This document shows positions 27,188 to 37,800 of a DNA stretch of 64,000 nt, in pieces. Under the pieces are notes generated by a model that saw only the letters and a program-made list of their open reading frames with translations, was not told the DNA's origin and did not search any database. This DNA comes from a virus. The position numbers and the translations under genes were made by a program. The DNA is taken from positions 46,257 to 110,256 of IMG/VR virus record IMGVR_UViG_3300043788_000060; one strand, given 5' to 3'. Numbering within the stretch: the stretch's first letter is position 1; each line of letters begins with the position of its first letter.

Positions 27188-27909
27188 TATTGGTCTGTGA
27201 TTGATGGTCTCATTTTGATTCCGGCCTTTTTGAGCCTGTGCCGCACCCCAGCTTCCGTTAAAGGAAATAGTTTGGAAATTTGTGGGCAACTTTTTCCTTC
27301 CAAATAAAGCTTAATCAGGTCTTCCGTTTTTACTTCTTGGTTGAAGGAAGTACTCTTATCTCCAGAAAATCTTTCCCTAAGTTTCTGTCGAGTTTCTTCG
27401 GATAAAGAAGGACGATTCTTTTGGGCTTCCCCGATCTTTTTCCTTGTTATTTCTGATACGGGCGGTCGAGGATTGATGAGCAAAGATTTTTTAATGGCTT
27501 CGCTCATCTTCTTTCGAGATTCTAAGCTGTGTTTGAATCCTTTTGGAAGACCGCCGCTTTCCCTCACTTCTTCCGATGGTTTTCCATTAGCTCCCCCTCT
27601 TTTTAGGTTATAACCTTTGGATTTATTCATCGAATCATAAGCCGCTATGTAGAGGTCTTCCATCAAGTCTAATTCCTCTTTTGATTGGCAAGAACAAAGA
27701 AGTTCGATTTTGAATGATTCTTTTCCATACCGACGAATTGCCCGGAAAAGAGGCGTATCCTGCCCCTTGTATTTTCCCGACAGATATGCCACGGCGTGGG
27801 ATACGTGATTGCGAAACCGCAGTTTTAGGGACGACACTGTCTGGCCAACATAAATCTTTTTGTTGACTAAGCATGTAATCAAGTAAATTCTACCGTAAAC
27901 CAAAATCAT
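27181..27909 (-). CDS. Free-standing GIY-YIG homing endonuclease, antisense to the structural operon
   Basis: RIYLITCLVNKKIYVGQT..GYN; NUMOD3-like HSLESRKKMS repeats; C-terminal HTH. The track start at 27927 lies inside the promoter. Confidence 0.88.
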   Translation of the reverse strand: MILVYGRIYLITCLVNKKIYVGQTVSSLKLRFRNHVSHAVAYLSGKYKGQDTPLFRAIRRYGKESFKIELLCSCQSKEELDLMEDLYIAAYDSMNKSKGYNLKRGGANGKPSEEVRESGGLPKGFKHSLESRKKMSEAIKKSLLINPRPPVSEITRKKIGEAQKNRPSLSEETRQKLRERFSGDKSTSFNQEVKTEDLIKLYLEGKSCPQISKLFPLTEAGVRHRLKKAGIKMRPSITDQYQ

Positions 27910-27915
27910 AGTTTT

Positions 27916-27943
27916 ATTATACCACACTTCCCCAGTTTGTCAA
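27916..27943 (-). promoter_or_regulatory. Consensus sigma70 promoter
   Basis: TTGACA-16 nt-TATAAT with extended -10; ATG 6 nt downstream. Confidence 0.8.
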
Positions 27944-27973
27944 CACCCAACGTAAAAATTTCTTTAGAGGACC

Positions 27974-30900
27974 ATGCCCAATAACCTTCAAAAAGTCGGA
28001 GCACAGCCCAGCAGGCCCGCACGGTTTGGCGTTCTCTGGCACAACAATTTCTATCTCGGCATGGTTACTCAGCGGAATCCGCTGCACAGCTACCTGCAAC
28101 ACATCGAAGAGGAGTTTTACGGAAACCAACCGGCGCTGATTGGCGGGTCTAATACCGAGGTCTCTACCAAGCTGACGTTAATCCGCAGACCGGGACACTC
28201 TGTCTACAACTCAAGTACCTTTCCGACAATAAACCGGTTCTACGAAAACCGGTTGTCGATTTTCAATGCCACCCAAACGACGACCACCGAGTCAATTCAG
28301 ATCGTCGCAGATTGCGCACCTGTCACACAAGGACCGTTTACCTTCAATATTTCCAGTGTACAGGTTCTGAAAATTCAAACGAATTTCAGCATCATCCATC
28401 CTACATATACCTACTACGCTCTGGTAACTTTCTCGACGACTCTACCAAGCGTTGTCTATGGACAAACTTTTACCTTTTCCGGTCTTACTGGATATACCGC
28501 CTTAAACGGACATGCGTTAATCGGCGTATCGTCCGTAATTAGATATCATTTGTCTGCTGGACCCAATCAGGCGCTTTTCTCGTTTGGGTCTGCTGCTTAT
28601 CCAAATACCCCGGATACCGGAATAGCGACGGTTCCTGCTGTAACCGGAGTAGGAACCGTAAGAGATGTTACCGGCCCTTCGACTAACAAAGTTCTGTTTT
28701 CTAAAACAGCGGGGGCCGGAACCGCGAGTTTTCAATCGGTCGGAAACACTCTATATTTTTCGGACGGCCCCGATCAGGAAAAACTGATTACCCCTAATCT
28801 AATCTGGTCGGCTAATCAGACTTTCAATACCGGAAACCAAGTTTTAGACACCAACGGAAATCTTCAGATCGTCCAAGGAACCGGAACAGCCACGATAACG
28901 GAAATCGCAGTTATCAGTTCTACTCTAGGAGTAGTCGGCGGTCCTACCCAATATTTCTTACAGATAACTTTCTCTTCCGAAGTGTTCTGGACTCAAGGAA
29001 CACTCGTTACTTTCTCCGGGGTTACAACTTATACGTCTATAAACGGTCAGACCCAGACCGTTGTGGTGAATCCTACCTATCTTCCTCCGGGAGTTAACAC
29101 AGCTTATTTCACGACAGCAGCAATCACTACCTACGGTCCGGCGGTGGATACAGGCACAGCCACTTCTACGAATTCTACCGGCAGTGGAACCAGCGGAGGC
29201 ACAACTCCTTCTTGGAGTCCAACAATAGGCGGATTTACTACCGACGGAGATTTGACGTGGCAAAACTTCGGAATCCCTCTTTATAACTGGGCAGTACCCC
29301 CTCCGACTCTCCCCCCCACTTTAAGCATACCGTCTGGAAACAGATACTGGCAGCCAAATTTTTCGGTTCCTCAGTGGTACTCCGTTTTAGACCAGAACAA
29401 TCATATTCAGTTTGTATCCTCCCCGGGAATCACAGGAACCCAACAACCTGTTTGGAGTAGCTTATACGATACCGGGTCTTCGTCCAACGGAGTTGTAGCG
29501 GGGTCTACTACAGACGGGACTGTAACTTGGCTAAACGCCGGTCCATTAGGCACGTGGCAGGCCGACACGACGTATTATGTTTTCCAGTGTATCTTGGATT
29601 CAAACGGGAATATTCAAATCGCAGAAAGCGGAGGAACCAGCGGAGGCTCCGCGCCTGTCTGGAACACAACTATTGGAGTAACTACCACAGACAACACTAT
29701 TACTTGGGTTTGTGCAGGTCCCGGTCACGTTATCATAACCGGAAATGTATATTACGGGTATAGTTGGGTCTCTACGGACGGAAGTGTAACCACCTCCTCG
29801 CCAGTAGTTTCTCTAAATATCAACAGTGCGGTTTTAGGCCCCGCAGGAAACCCGATAGCGACAGTGTCCGGAAGTTTCCCGGCTGATCAACAGGTAACGC
29901 AGGCATGGGTATGGAGATCGGTTCAAGGTGGGTCAGCAGCAGAGTTATTCTTCGACTCTGCCCAGTACAACCCCACTCCCGGTGCCGGGTCTAACTGGTC
30001 GTTCAACGATGTAATCCCAGATGTTTATCTGAACGAACTAATTCAGGCACCTCTGGATGACCAAAACGATCCTCCTCCTGTAGGACTAACGGCTCTTGCC
30101 TATCACCTCAACCGCGTGTGGGGCTCCGTCGGAAATATTGTTTTCAGTTCTCAGACCTCCGGTATCGTCGGAAACCCCTACACAGCTTGGGACCCGGGAG
30201 TGTTCTTCACTTTCCCGGACACCGTGGTACGATTGTGGCCTACCTCAAACGGTCTGCTCGTATTTACGGTCGCCGATATTTTTGTCATTCAAGGATTGGG
30301 AGATGCTTCTAGTTCCTTCTTTTCGACACCGTTCTTACAAGGAACGGGGCTTGCGAATTACGATGCTTTTACAGTAAAAGGCGCGATTCCGTATTTTTAT
30401 ACCACAGACAATCAGGTACTTACAATCGACCCAAGCACTGGACTATCAGAAGTAGGGGCCCCGGTCGGAGATCAATTTGGTCCGAATAATGGAACAAACA
30501 CCTTTCTTCCTTCTACGGCTCGGTTGACTTGGAATTTCTCCGGGTCGCAGGAAAAGGCGTTGTACGTTTCGGATTTCTCTCAGAACTGGTGGAGGATGTT
30601 ACCCACCCCGTCTCCAGAAACCGGAACAACGTGGTGCCCAATGGCAACTATTGTCGGCGGGTTCTCCGCTGTTCAGTCGGTAGAAACTTCCCCGGGAATT
30701 CATAACTTGTTGCTGGGTCCACAGACGACCGGTCCGATTCTTATGAGAGACCCGTCTGTCTATTCCGACAACGGTTCGTCGTACAGCGCCTATACCATAA
30801 TCGGCAGCATAGTTCTGGCCCAGCCGGGACAATTGGCGTACATCAAATTGTTAACAACAGACTGTCAGGCAGTAGGAACTCCGATAACCCTTGAAGTTCA

Positions 30901-31138
30901 ATTGGATGAGATAGCTCCGTTGTCTTCCGGGTATTTCGAACCCTTAACTTTGTATGTTCCTGATCCGACCCAGTTAACCGCCCCTAACAGCTTATATGCA
31001 CAACGATTCTATATGTCGCAGACGCAACAACCGGCGGTATGCAGGCACTTCCAAGTTCTAGTTTCTTTTGGAACCGATGTTGTTAAGAACGAATTACTTA
31101 GCCTGTCTATTTTCGGTGCCTACGATCAAGAGGACTAA
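27974..31138 (+). CDS. Tail nozzle / stabilisation (tail tubular B-like) protein with inserted repeats
   Basis: LIRRPG N-terminal motif, propeller-like C-half (LAYHLNRVW..VFSS), Trp-rich repeats; lies before the ejection genes. Confidence 0.6.
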   Translation: MPNNLQKVGAQPSRPARFGVLWHNNFYLGMVTQRNPLHSYLQHIEEEFYGNQPALIGGSNTEVSTKLTLIRRPGHSVYNSSTFPTINRFYENRLSIFNATQTTTTESIQIVADCAPVTQGPFTFNISSVQVLKIQTNFSIIHPTYTYYALVTFSTTLPSVVYGQTFTFSGLTGYTALNGHALIGVSSVIRYHLSAGPNQALFSFGSAAYPNTPDTGIATVPAVTGVGTVRDVTGPSTNKVLFSKTAGAGTASFQSVGNTLYFSDGPDQEKLITPNLIWSANQTFNTGNQVLDTNGNLQIVQGTGTATITEIAVISSTLGVVGGPTQYFLQITFSSEVFWTQGTLVTFSGVTTYTSINGQTQTVVVNPTYLPPGVNTAYFTTAAITTYGPAVDTGTATSTNSTGSGTSGGTTPSWSPTIGGFTTDGDLTWQNFGIPLYNWAVPPPTLPPTLSIPSGNRYWQPNFSVPQWYSVLDQNNHIQFVSSPGITGTQQPVWSSLYDTGSSSNGVVAGSTTDGTVTWLNAGPLGTWQADTTYYVFQCILDSNGNIQIAESGGTSGGSAPVWNTTIGVTTTDNTITWVCAGPGHVIITGNVYYGYSWVSTDGSVTTSSPVVSLNINSAVLGPAGNPIATVSGSFPADQQVTQAWVWRSVQGGSAAELFFDSAQYNPTPGAGSNWSFNDVIPDVYLNELIQAPLDDQNDPPPVGLTALAYHLNRVWGSVGNIVFSSQTSGIVGNPYTAWDPGVFFTFPDTVVRLWPTSNGLLVFTVADIFVIQGLGDASSSFFSTPFLQGTGLANYDAFTVKGAIPYFYTTDNQVLTIDPSTGLSEVGAPVGDQFGPNNGTNTFLPSTARLTWNFSGSQEKALYVSDFSQNWWRMLPTPSPETGTTWCPMATIVGGFSAVQSVETSPGIHNLLLGPQTTGPILMRDPSVYSDNGSSYSAYTIIGSIVLAQPGQLAYIKLLTTDCQAVGTPITLEVQLDEIAPLSSGYFEPLTLYVPDPTQLTAPNSLYAQRFYMSQTQQPAVCRHFQVLVSFGTDVVKNELLSLSIFGAYDQED

Positions 31139-31368
31139 TGCCGTCAATCGCCTCCAGACTTCGTCCTAGTCTTCCCCGCATATCGGCAGTTCCCCCGGTT
31201 GCTCTTCAGCCGAAGCCCCCGATTCCTCCCCCGTCTCCGGGAATTAGCTCCACTCTCCGGTCGCCACTTCCAAATATTGTTGTTACTCAACCAGACTCTC
31301 TTCGCCAGTATTACGCCGGAGGTAAAGTCCCTCAATACCGTTTTCCGCCTCTCAAACCAATTTCATAG
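31138..31368 (+). CDS. Pro-rich small protein
   Basis: TAATG coupling and SD GAGGA. Confidence 0.6.
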   Translation: MPSIASRLRPSLPRISAVPPVALQPKPPIPPPSPGISSTLRSPLPNIVVTQPDSLRQYYAGGKVPQYRFPPLKPIS

Positions 31369-31375
31369 GATATTT

Positions 31376-31678
31376 ATGCAATTCTTTCAGTGGATAGTTT
31401 CAAACTGGCAGGTAGTGTGCGGGTGGGTGACGGGAATTTTCGTTCTCAGTAAATTACTCAGAGGTTTTACTCGTCTTATTTCTTCCGTTCTGGCTGTAGT
31501 GACACGGTTCGAAAAAGCCGAAGGGACTTTAACTTCTTTGGCCATCAATCATATCCCTCACTTACAAATGGAACTTGAGCGAGTTAACAAAGCATTAGAT
31601 TCTCAAAGCTCACTACTTGAAAGTATGGACGAGATTCTGAAGAAAAGCTACGAGAAGCAGTTCGGAGATTATGTCTAA
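31376..31678 (+). CDS. Membrane protein, TM plus coiled coil (holin-like candidate)
   Basis: SD AGGA; N-terminal hydrophobic helix. Confidence 0.55.
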   Translation: MQFFQWIVSNWQVVCGWVTGIFVLSKLLRGFTRLISSVLAVVTRFEKAEGTLTSLAINHIPHLQMELERVNKALDSQSSLLESMDEILKKSYEKQFGDYV

Positions 31679-32075
31679 ACCTGTTTTTGTCAGATCGGTG
31701 AAACCGGACGAAGGTAAAATTTTTCTGGATTGGGTTCGAGAAAATCCGGTCAATGAGTTCGATCCGGATGTTGCTTTGTTTCCGTCCAGCATTACGTGGT
31801 GCGCCTACGACAAAGATGGGCCCCTTGCGTACCAAACGGTACAGCGCCCTCTAATGTTGGAGTCTCTCGCCCCAAGACCCGGCGCAACAAAACAGCAGGT
31901 AGCTTCGGCCCTAAAAGAGCTAACTCAAAATGCTGTTACTCAAGCCGGATTGTCTGGGGCTGGTGAGATTTATTTCTTGGGCAGCGATTCGGCCACGAGC
32001 GAGTTTGCAACCAATCATATCTTCGAAGAAGTCAAGATGAAGGTATATCGCGTTAAGATCAAGGATTTGGAATGA
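31671..32075 (+). CDS. Hypothetical protein, possibly a GNAT-like virion assembly factor
   Basis: Position between nozzle and ejection genes; VRSVKPDE start; fold inferred only. Confidence 0.45.
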   Translation: MSKPVFVRSVKPDEGKIFLDWVRENPVNEFDPDVALFPSSITWCAYDKDGPLAYQTVQRPLMLESLAPRPGATKQQVASALKELTQNAVTQAGLSGAGEIYFLGSDSATSEFATNHIFEEVKMKVYRVKIKDLE

Positions 32076-32875
32076 GAATAACCACGTCAGCACAGTTTGT
32101 CTGGAGCGAGAAGCAGAATAAATATCTGCTCGTTAAAAAGTCGTCCATTATCTGGACTGGCGATATTTTGTATTGCAAGGGCGCGTCTGCCGCACAGGAG
32201 AATTTGGCGAATCAGCAGGCGCAATTCTACCAAACACTGACTTCGGATTACGGACAGCAATTCGCAAATCAATCAGCAATTCTTAATACTCTTCAGAATT
32301 CTTTGAACCCTATCGTCCAAGCCGGACCAAACCAGTTCGGCTTCAGCCAAGCAGAGACCAACAACCTCAACGCGCAGGCTATCCAAGGAACCGGGGCGCA
32401 ATACGCCAACGCCTCGAAAGCTTTGGGTGCCCAGCAGGCCGCACAGGGCGGGGGAAATTCATATCTTCCAACCGGGGCGCAAGCCGCACAGCAAGGAGCG
32501 TTAGCTTCGTCTGCTGCAAATCAAGCTTCGAATCAACTTATGGGGGTTCAGCAGGCGGGTTACCAGCAAGGCTATAACCAATATCAATCTGCTATCGGCC
32601 AACTCGGCGGAGTAGCTTCTCAATACAATCCAACCGGATACGCCGGACAGGCAACTGGTGCCGGATCGTCTGCCTTCAATTCTGCAACTCAAGTTCAGCA
32701 AATGAACAACGCAGCAAGTCCGTGGAATGTAGTCGGCGGAATCCTCGGAGGAGCCGTAGGCGCAGGACTCGATGCGTTTACTGGCGGTCTTGGCGGGGCT
32801 GGGGCCAGCGCGTTAGGTGGCATGTTCAGTGGAGGTAATGGGGGACCATCGACCGGCGGCGGACTAGATGACTAA
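32072..32875 (+). CDS. DNA ejection/pilot protein (small)
   Basis: Gln/Ala/Gly-rich with a C-terminal Gly-rich hydrophobic segment. Confidence 0.6.
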   Translation: MRITTSAQFVWSEKQNKYLLVKKSSIIWTGDILYCKGASAAQENLANQQAQFYQTLTSDYGQQFANQSAILNTLQNSLNPIVQAGPNQFGFSQAETNNLNAQAIQGTGAQYANASKALGAQQAAQGGGNSYLPTGAQAAQQGALASSAANQASNQLMGVQQAGYQQGYNQYQSAIGQLGGVASQYNPTGYAGQATGAGSSAFNSATQVQQMNNAASPWNVVGGILGGAVGAGLDAFTGGLGGAGASALGGMFSGGNGGPSTGGGLDD

Positions 32876-32887
32876 CAGGAAAAAACA

Positions 32888-33283
32888 ATGAATGAAAAAC
32901 GGATTGAGGCGTTAGTAGATGCAATCGCGAATTTGAAGGGGTCCACGACCAACCCAGACGGCGTTTTGTATCAGATAAAGAACCCGACAGGAATACTCAG
33001 TTTTTCCCGTCCGGGTAAAAATGAAATAGACTCTGAAGGCCGACGGATTTTCAAAAGCTGGCTTGCCGGATACAGGGCTGCGTGTTTTGACGCCGGTATT
33101 AAAATCGAGGGAAGGTCTCGTGCCGGAATCAAAGAAGAAGATCGCTTAGAAAACTTCCTTCGTGTAATGGGAATCGACCAACGACTTGGGCAACAGCAGG
33201 TTGTGAAGTTCCTACGCAGAGCCCTCAAGGATCAAAATATTACACCAGAAACCCCGCTTTCGTATTTTCGTGAGGAGAACTAA
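32888..33283 (+). CDS. Virion-associated protein, possibly lysozyme-fold (NNPGNI-like)
   Basis: KNPTGI....GRRIFKSWLAGYRA resembles NNPGNI..F.S...G..A. Confidence 0.4.
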   Translation: MNEKRIEALVDAIANLKGSTTNPDGVLYQIKNPTGILSFSRPGKNEIDSEGRRIFKSWLAGYRAACFDAGIKIEGRSRAGIKEEDRLENFLRVMGIDQRLGQQQVVKFLRRALKDQNITPETPLSYFREEN

Positions 33284-34857
33284 TGCCTGATCCAGTTCCA
33301 AATCCCGTAGCCTCCGCAATAGTCACTCCTCCTCCGTCTCCTGTTCCTCCACAGGTTCAGAATCCTCCTGCGCCCGACCAACTACAACAGGGACCCGGTC
33401 CACAGAACGTTACACCTCCAACTCAAAATCAGCCGGTAAAACCCCCAAGCCCGTGGCAAAGAGCGGTTCACGCTTTACTGGGAAGTCAAACCGAATATCA
33501 GCAAACGCCTAACGGCCCGGTTCCTGTCCAAGTTCAGAACAAACCCGGACAGCTATTTCGCAGCATTTTAGCCGGAGCTATTTTGGGTGCTGGAGCCGGG
33601 TCGGCAAACGCCGAACATGATGCAGGCAGCGGTTGGTCTGCTGCTGGTCGCGGTGCGGCTGCTGCGGCACAAAACCAGCAACAGCAGCAACAGCAACGTG
33701 CGGCGCAGGCCCAGAAACAGTGGGAGAACCAGAGGCAGGCACAACAGGATAATCAGGAAGAAATGGTGCGTAAGGCACAAATTGCCGAGGCCAACGCCAA
33801 CACCCTCCGGATTAACAAAGAGAGTAACGGTCTCGATTATACCCAACACAAAGAAATAGCCGATGCCGGAAAGGCCGCAGTTCAGGCTTACGATGACGCG
33901 GGAATACACCCGGTAGCTGAATCCATACCTGAGTCTCAAATGCAGCAGTATATCCAAGACCACCCCGGGTCGTCTTCCTTAGATTGGGAACACACCGGAG
34001 TAAAAACGGTTATTGGTGCTGACGGAACTCCCACCTACGAATACACTTTGTCCGCATACGATCCGAAAGGAAAAGTATCGGTTCCTCCGGTACTTTATGA
34101 TCAATGGAAGAAAGACGGGGTTTTTGACAGATATCCGGAGTATGGTCAGATTCTAAAGGACGGTAAAACTCTGACCGCTAGTCAATATATTCAGGTCAAA
34201 AGGGATGCCGAAAAGGTTCAGGCAGATAATTTAGCCAAAACCAATCAAGGACTCGAAACCACTCTGAAGCAGACTCAAATAGACGCAGCTAAGGCGGAGA
34301 TCACGGAACGCAGAGCAGCGGCTTGGAACGATAGTTTGTCCGCAAAGGAAAAACAGGATCAGGAAAAAGAGAAGAACGAACTTAATACCGCTTGGGATCA
34401 TTTGGCTAAAGCGGATAACGATCCTTCTAAATCTCCTATGACTGCCGAAGATCGGGTGGCTATTGCCAGAAACGCACAGCCCCTCATCCAAGATTCTTTG
34501 AATGCGATTAAAGTCGCAGCGGCGGACCCGTCTCAGGCCGATCAGCTTCCACAGCTTTGGGAAACCTACCACTCTCTGTCTAGGTTGGCTAATCTGGGCG
34601 GAGGAGGGTCCGCAGCCGATCCTATCCAAAAAACCGTGGATACCCTGAAAGGTAAAACTCCGCAGGAAATCCAAGCAGCACTCGACGACCCTAAGAACGG
34701 AGTTCCCGATGCAGCTAAAACGGAAATCTGGAAAAGGCTGGGAATGGCTCCTCCGGCTTCTAAATCAGCCATTGCTCTTAACCCAGCAGGAAAAGCGGTA
34801 TCTAATTTTGTTCAAACAGCCGCACCTGTCGTTGCCAATATCCCAGTAATACCATAA
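33283..34857 (+). CDS. DNA ejection protein (middle)
   Basis: Pro/Gln-rich N-terminus, ILAGAILGAGAG segment, coiled coils. Confidence 0.6.
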   Translation: MPDPVPNPVASAIVTPPPSPVPPQVQNPPAPDQLQQGPGPQNVTPPTQNQPVKPPSPWQRAVHALLGSQTEYQQTPNGPVPVQVQNKPGQLFRSILAGAILGAGAGSANAEHDAGSGWSAAGRGAAAAAQNQQQQQQQRAAQAQKQWENQRQAQQDNQEEMVRKAQIAEANANTLRINKESNGLDYTQHKEIADAGKAAVQAYDDAGIHPVAESIPESQMQQYIQDHPGSSSLDWEHTGVKTVIGADGTPTYEYTLSAYDPKGKVSVPPVLYDQWKKDGVFDRYPEYGQILKDGKTLTASQYIQVKRDAEKVQADNLAKTNQGLETTLKQTQIDAAKAEITERRAAAWNDSLSAKEKQDQEKEKNELNTAWDHLAKADNDPSKSPMTAEDRVAIARNAQPLIQDSLNAIKVAAADPSQADQLPQLWETYHSLSRLANLGGGGSAADPIQKTVDTLKGKTPQEIQAALDDPKNGVPDAAKTEIWKRLGMAPPASKSAIALNPAGKAVSNFVQTAAPVVANIPVIP

Positions 34858-34869
34858 CCATAGGAAAGC

Positions 34870-37800
34870 ATGGCTACCGACTCAGTAGACCTAAGCAGCA
34901 TCTGGGGGAATACCTCCGCTTCGGCTCCTCAATCTAGCTCGACCGACTTGAGCAAAATTTGGGGTTCGGGAGGGGGTGTTCCTCCTGTTGTGTCTCGGGC
35001 GCAAGAAACCCCTTCGTCCAGCATAGACCTCAGTTCAATCTGGGGCGGAGGAGAAGCTCGTCCGAATAATGGACAAACCGCCCCGTTACCGGTTCAGCAC
35101 CTCTACCAAGACTCTTCGCAGCCGTGGTATAAACGGGCATGGGATTTCGCGAATACACCACTGACCGAGAGCCTGTTCGGCCTACCCGAAGAACGCCAAG
35201 GCGCGGGTGGTTTTGAACGCGGGGTCGAACACATTGTTTCCGGATTGACAAGTCCGCTTTCCGTGGCTCTAACCGCTGCTACGTTTGGGACCGGTGGAAT
35301 CATTGAATCAGCCGGAGCTTCTGCACTCAAGGAAGCCGGTTTGACGGCTGCTGAGATTGCGGACGCTACCAAGGCTTCCCAAGTCGCGGTGGACGCGGCT
35401 AAAGCCGTCCCAGAGGGCGCTACAGCTATTACTGACGCTGTCAAGGACGCTGGACTCGATCCGGCTCTCTGGAAGCGGGCACAGGGCATTTTGTATGACA
35501 ACGGCCTGACCGAGCATGACCTGCTGGGGGGCAATGCTGTCGAGCGCGGGGCGTTCCAAGTTCTACGCAATACCGTACCCGATCTACCAATTGCCGTAAC
35601 TGCGAGGGCCGCTAAAACCGCCAATACCCTGTTGAACGCAGGATTCACCCTCCAACAATTGGAATCAGCATCCGCGATGTCCCCCCGGTTTTTGGATGCT
35701 CTTAAAGAGGGGGACTACGACCACGCCCTAGAATACGGCACAGAGATGTTTGCTTCGGGGGCCCTCGGAGTTCTGGGAGCAAGTCATGCCCTGCACTCCG
35801 CTGGCGAATTATTCAAACCCCTAGTTGAAAACAACGCCGTTCGTCCTTCCGACGAATGGAACGCGATTACCCGGGCCAACCAAGAGCGCGAAGCCCAGCA
35901 CGCCGAAGCCGAACAACACGCCATCAATTTGTCCAAGCAAGCCAAGGATTTGCTAGGGCACGCGGAACCACGTCCGATTTTGGGTGATACCGCCGAAGTG
36001 AAATCCCAGAAGAATCTGGAACTGGCTACGGTTCTACATCAGATTGTAACCGGCGGAGACCAGACGAAAGCTGCAACTTGGCATGACGCATTGGCCGAAG
36101 CCGCTGGCCGCACCGAAGAACCAACGCTGGTTCATCCGAATAATGGACCGGTCGGCAACCCCGACGTTCAATCGCTGGCCGAAAGCTATACCAAATCCGC
36201 AGGCATCGACAAAACTCCACACGAAGGTCTGGTCACCGTAGACCCGGAAGCCGCGAAACGGGTTGCTGACGCCTACGAGGAGATGCAACATAACCCGAAC
36301 GACCCGAAGGTCAAGGCGTCCTACGACGCTTTAATCCGGGAAACCAAGGCCCAGTGGGATGCCGCTAAAGCCGCCGGATACAAACTAGAGCCGTGGCCGG
36401 AAGCTGGACAGCCCTACGCCAATTCCGCAGAAATGGCTGCGGATGTTCGGGACAACAAGCACCTCTACTACTTCCAAGGCGGAGAAGTCCCAGAAGGGCA
36501 CCCGCTCGCGCAGATAGACCCAGAAACCGGAGAAACCTACAACAACATTTTCAGAGCGGTCCACGATTTATTGGGACACGCCAAAAACGGCTACGAGTTC
36601 GGCCCTCGTGGTGAAGAGAATGCTTTCTTAGCTCACAGCCGGATGTACTCGGACGAAGCCATCCCCGCGCTGCTATCCGAAACCAAAGGCCAGAATTCAT
36701 GGGTAAACTTCGGTAAGCACCTCCGCGACGAGAACGGAAATCTGCCCGCCAAAGGTGAGAAGGGTTTTATCCCACCGCCGGAAAGGCCCTACGCCGATCA
36801 GAAAGCTGGCATCCTACCTCCCGAGATCGTCAACCCGCATCTCGGCAAAGAACCTCAAGTAGGAACCCCGATTGAAACACCGAGTCGTGCCAACACCCAA
36901 GTCGTTCACTCGAACGCTGCGGGTGAAGTGCGTGTCGGCGCAGACGGCAGACCGATTGTCTGGTTGAGCCCGGAGGCGTGGGAAGCGTATAATAGAATCG
37001 CGCACCCGGGTGCCATAATTCTAGGGGTCAGCTACTCTCCGGACGAAGCTGCTGACATTGCCAAGAAACTGCTCAAAGCAAACGAACCGGGAGACGCCCA
37101 ACAAGTTCTCGATTTGTTCTGGAAAGCCCAGAATGTTTCAAAACAAGGATTGCTCACAGCGGCTAAAACCGGAACGGATGTCACGGTTGCTGCCGAGGAA
37201 CTCCACCATACATGGGCCCGAGAATTGTCTAAGGACGGAGAAATTGCAAACCATCTAAAACCCAAGCAGTGGATCAAACTAAATGATATAATACCCCCAG
37301 CTTGGACTGCGGACATGGATCGGCTGGGGTACGAAAAAGACCCGATCTCCCGTGTCATAGAAACCGCACACCAGTTTAGGGCTGGAAAAGCAAAGGGTAT
37401 AGTTCCAGATACCGATATTGTTCGGTTTTTGGACTCCTACTATTCCGAAGTTGAAGCAACCCACGGGAAGAATGTTCTTGAAGAAGCAAACAAAATCAAT
37501 GACATTGCTGCCCAACACATAAAGGACATTTATGAAAACAGAAGAACGAGACAAACTACTCCAGAAGGTGGGCTGGCCGACCGACAAACAGACAACGGAC
37601 AGCTACCTAGCGTGGAAGCAGGGCGGGAAACTGGGCCTCCTAAAGTGGGTTCAGGAGAACCACCAGAAGGCTTAACCGCCCGCGAAGACAAAGAATTCAG
37701 CAAACTTTCCGGTCTAAAACTCCGTGTAGGAATGGGAGACGCGGGGAGTGCCGGTTTAGTAACTGGGGACAACGATGTATTGATTGGTAGAGACCACGCC

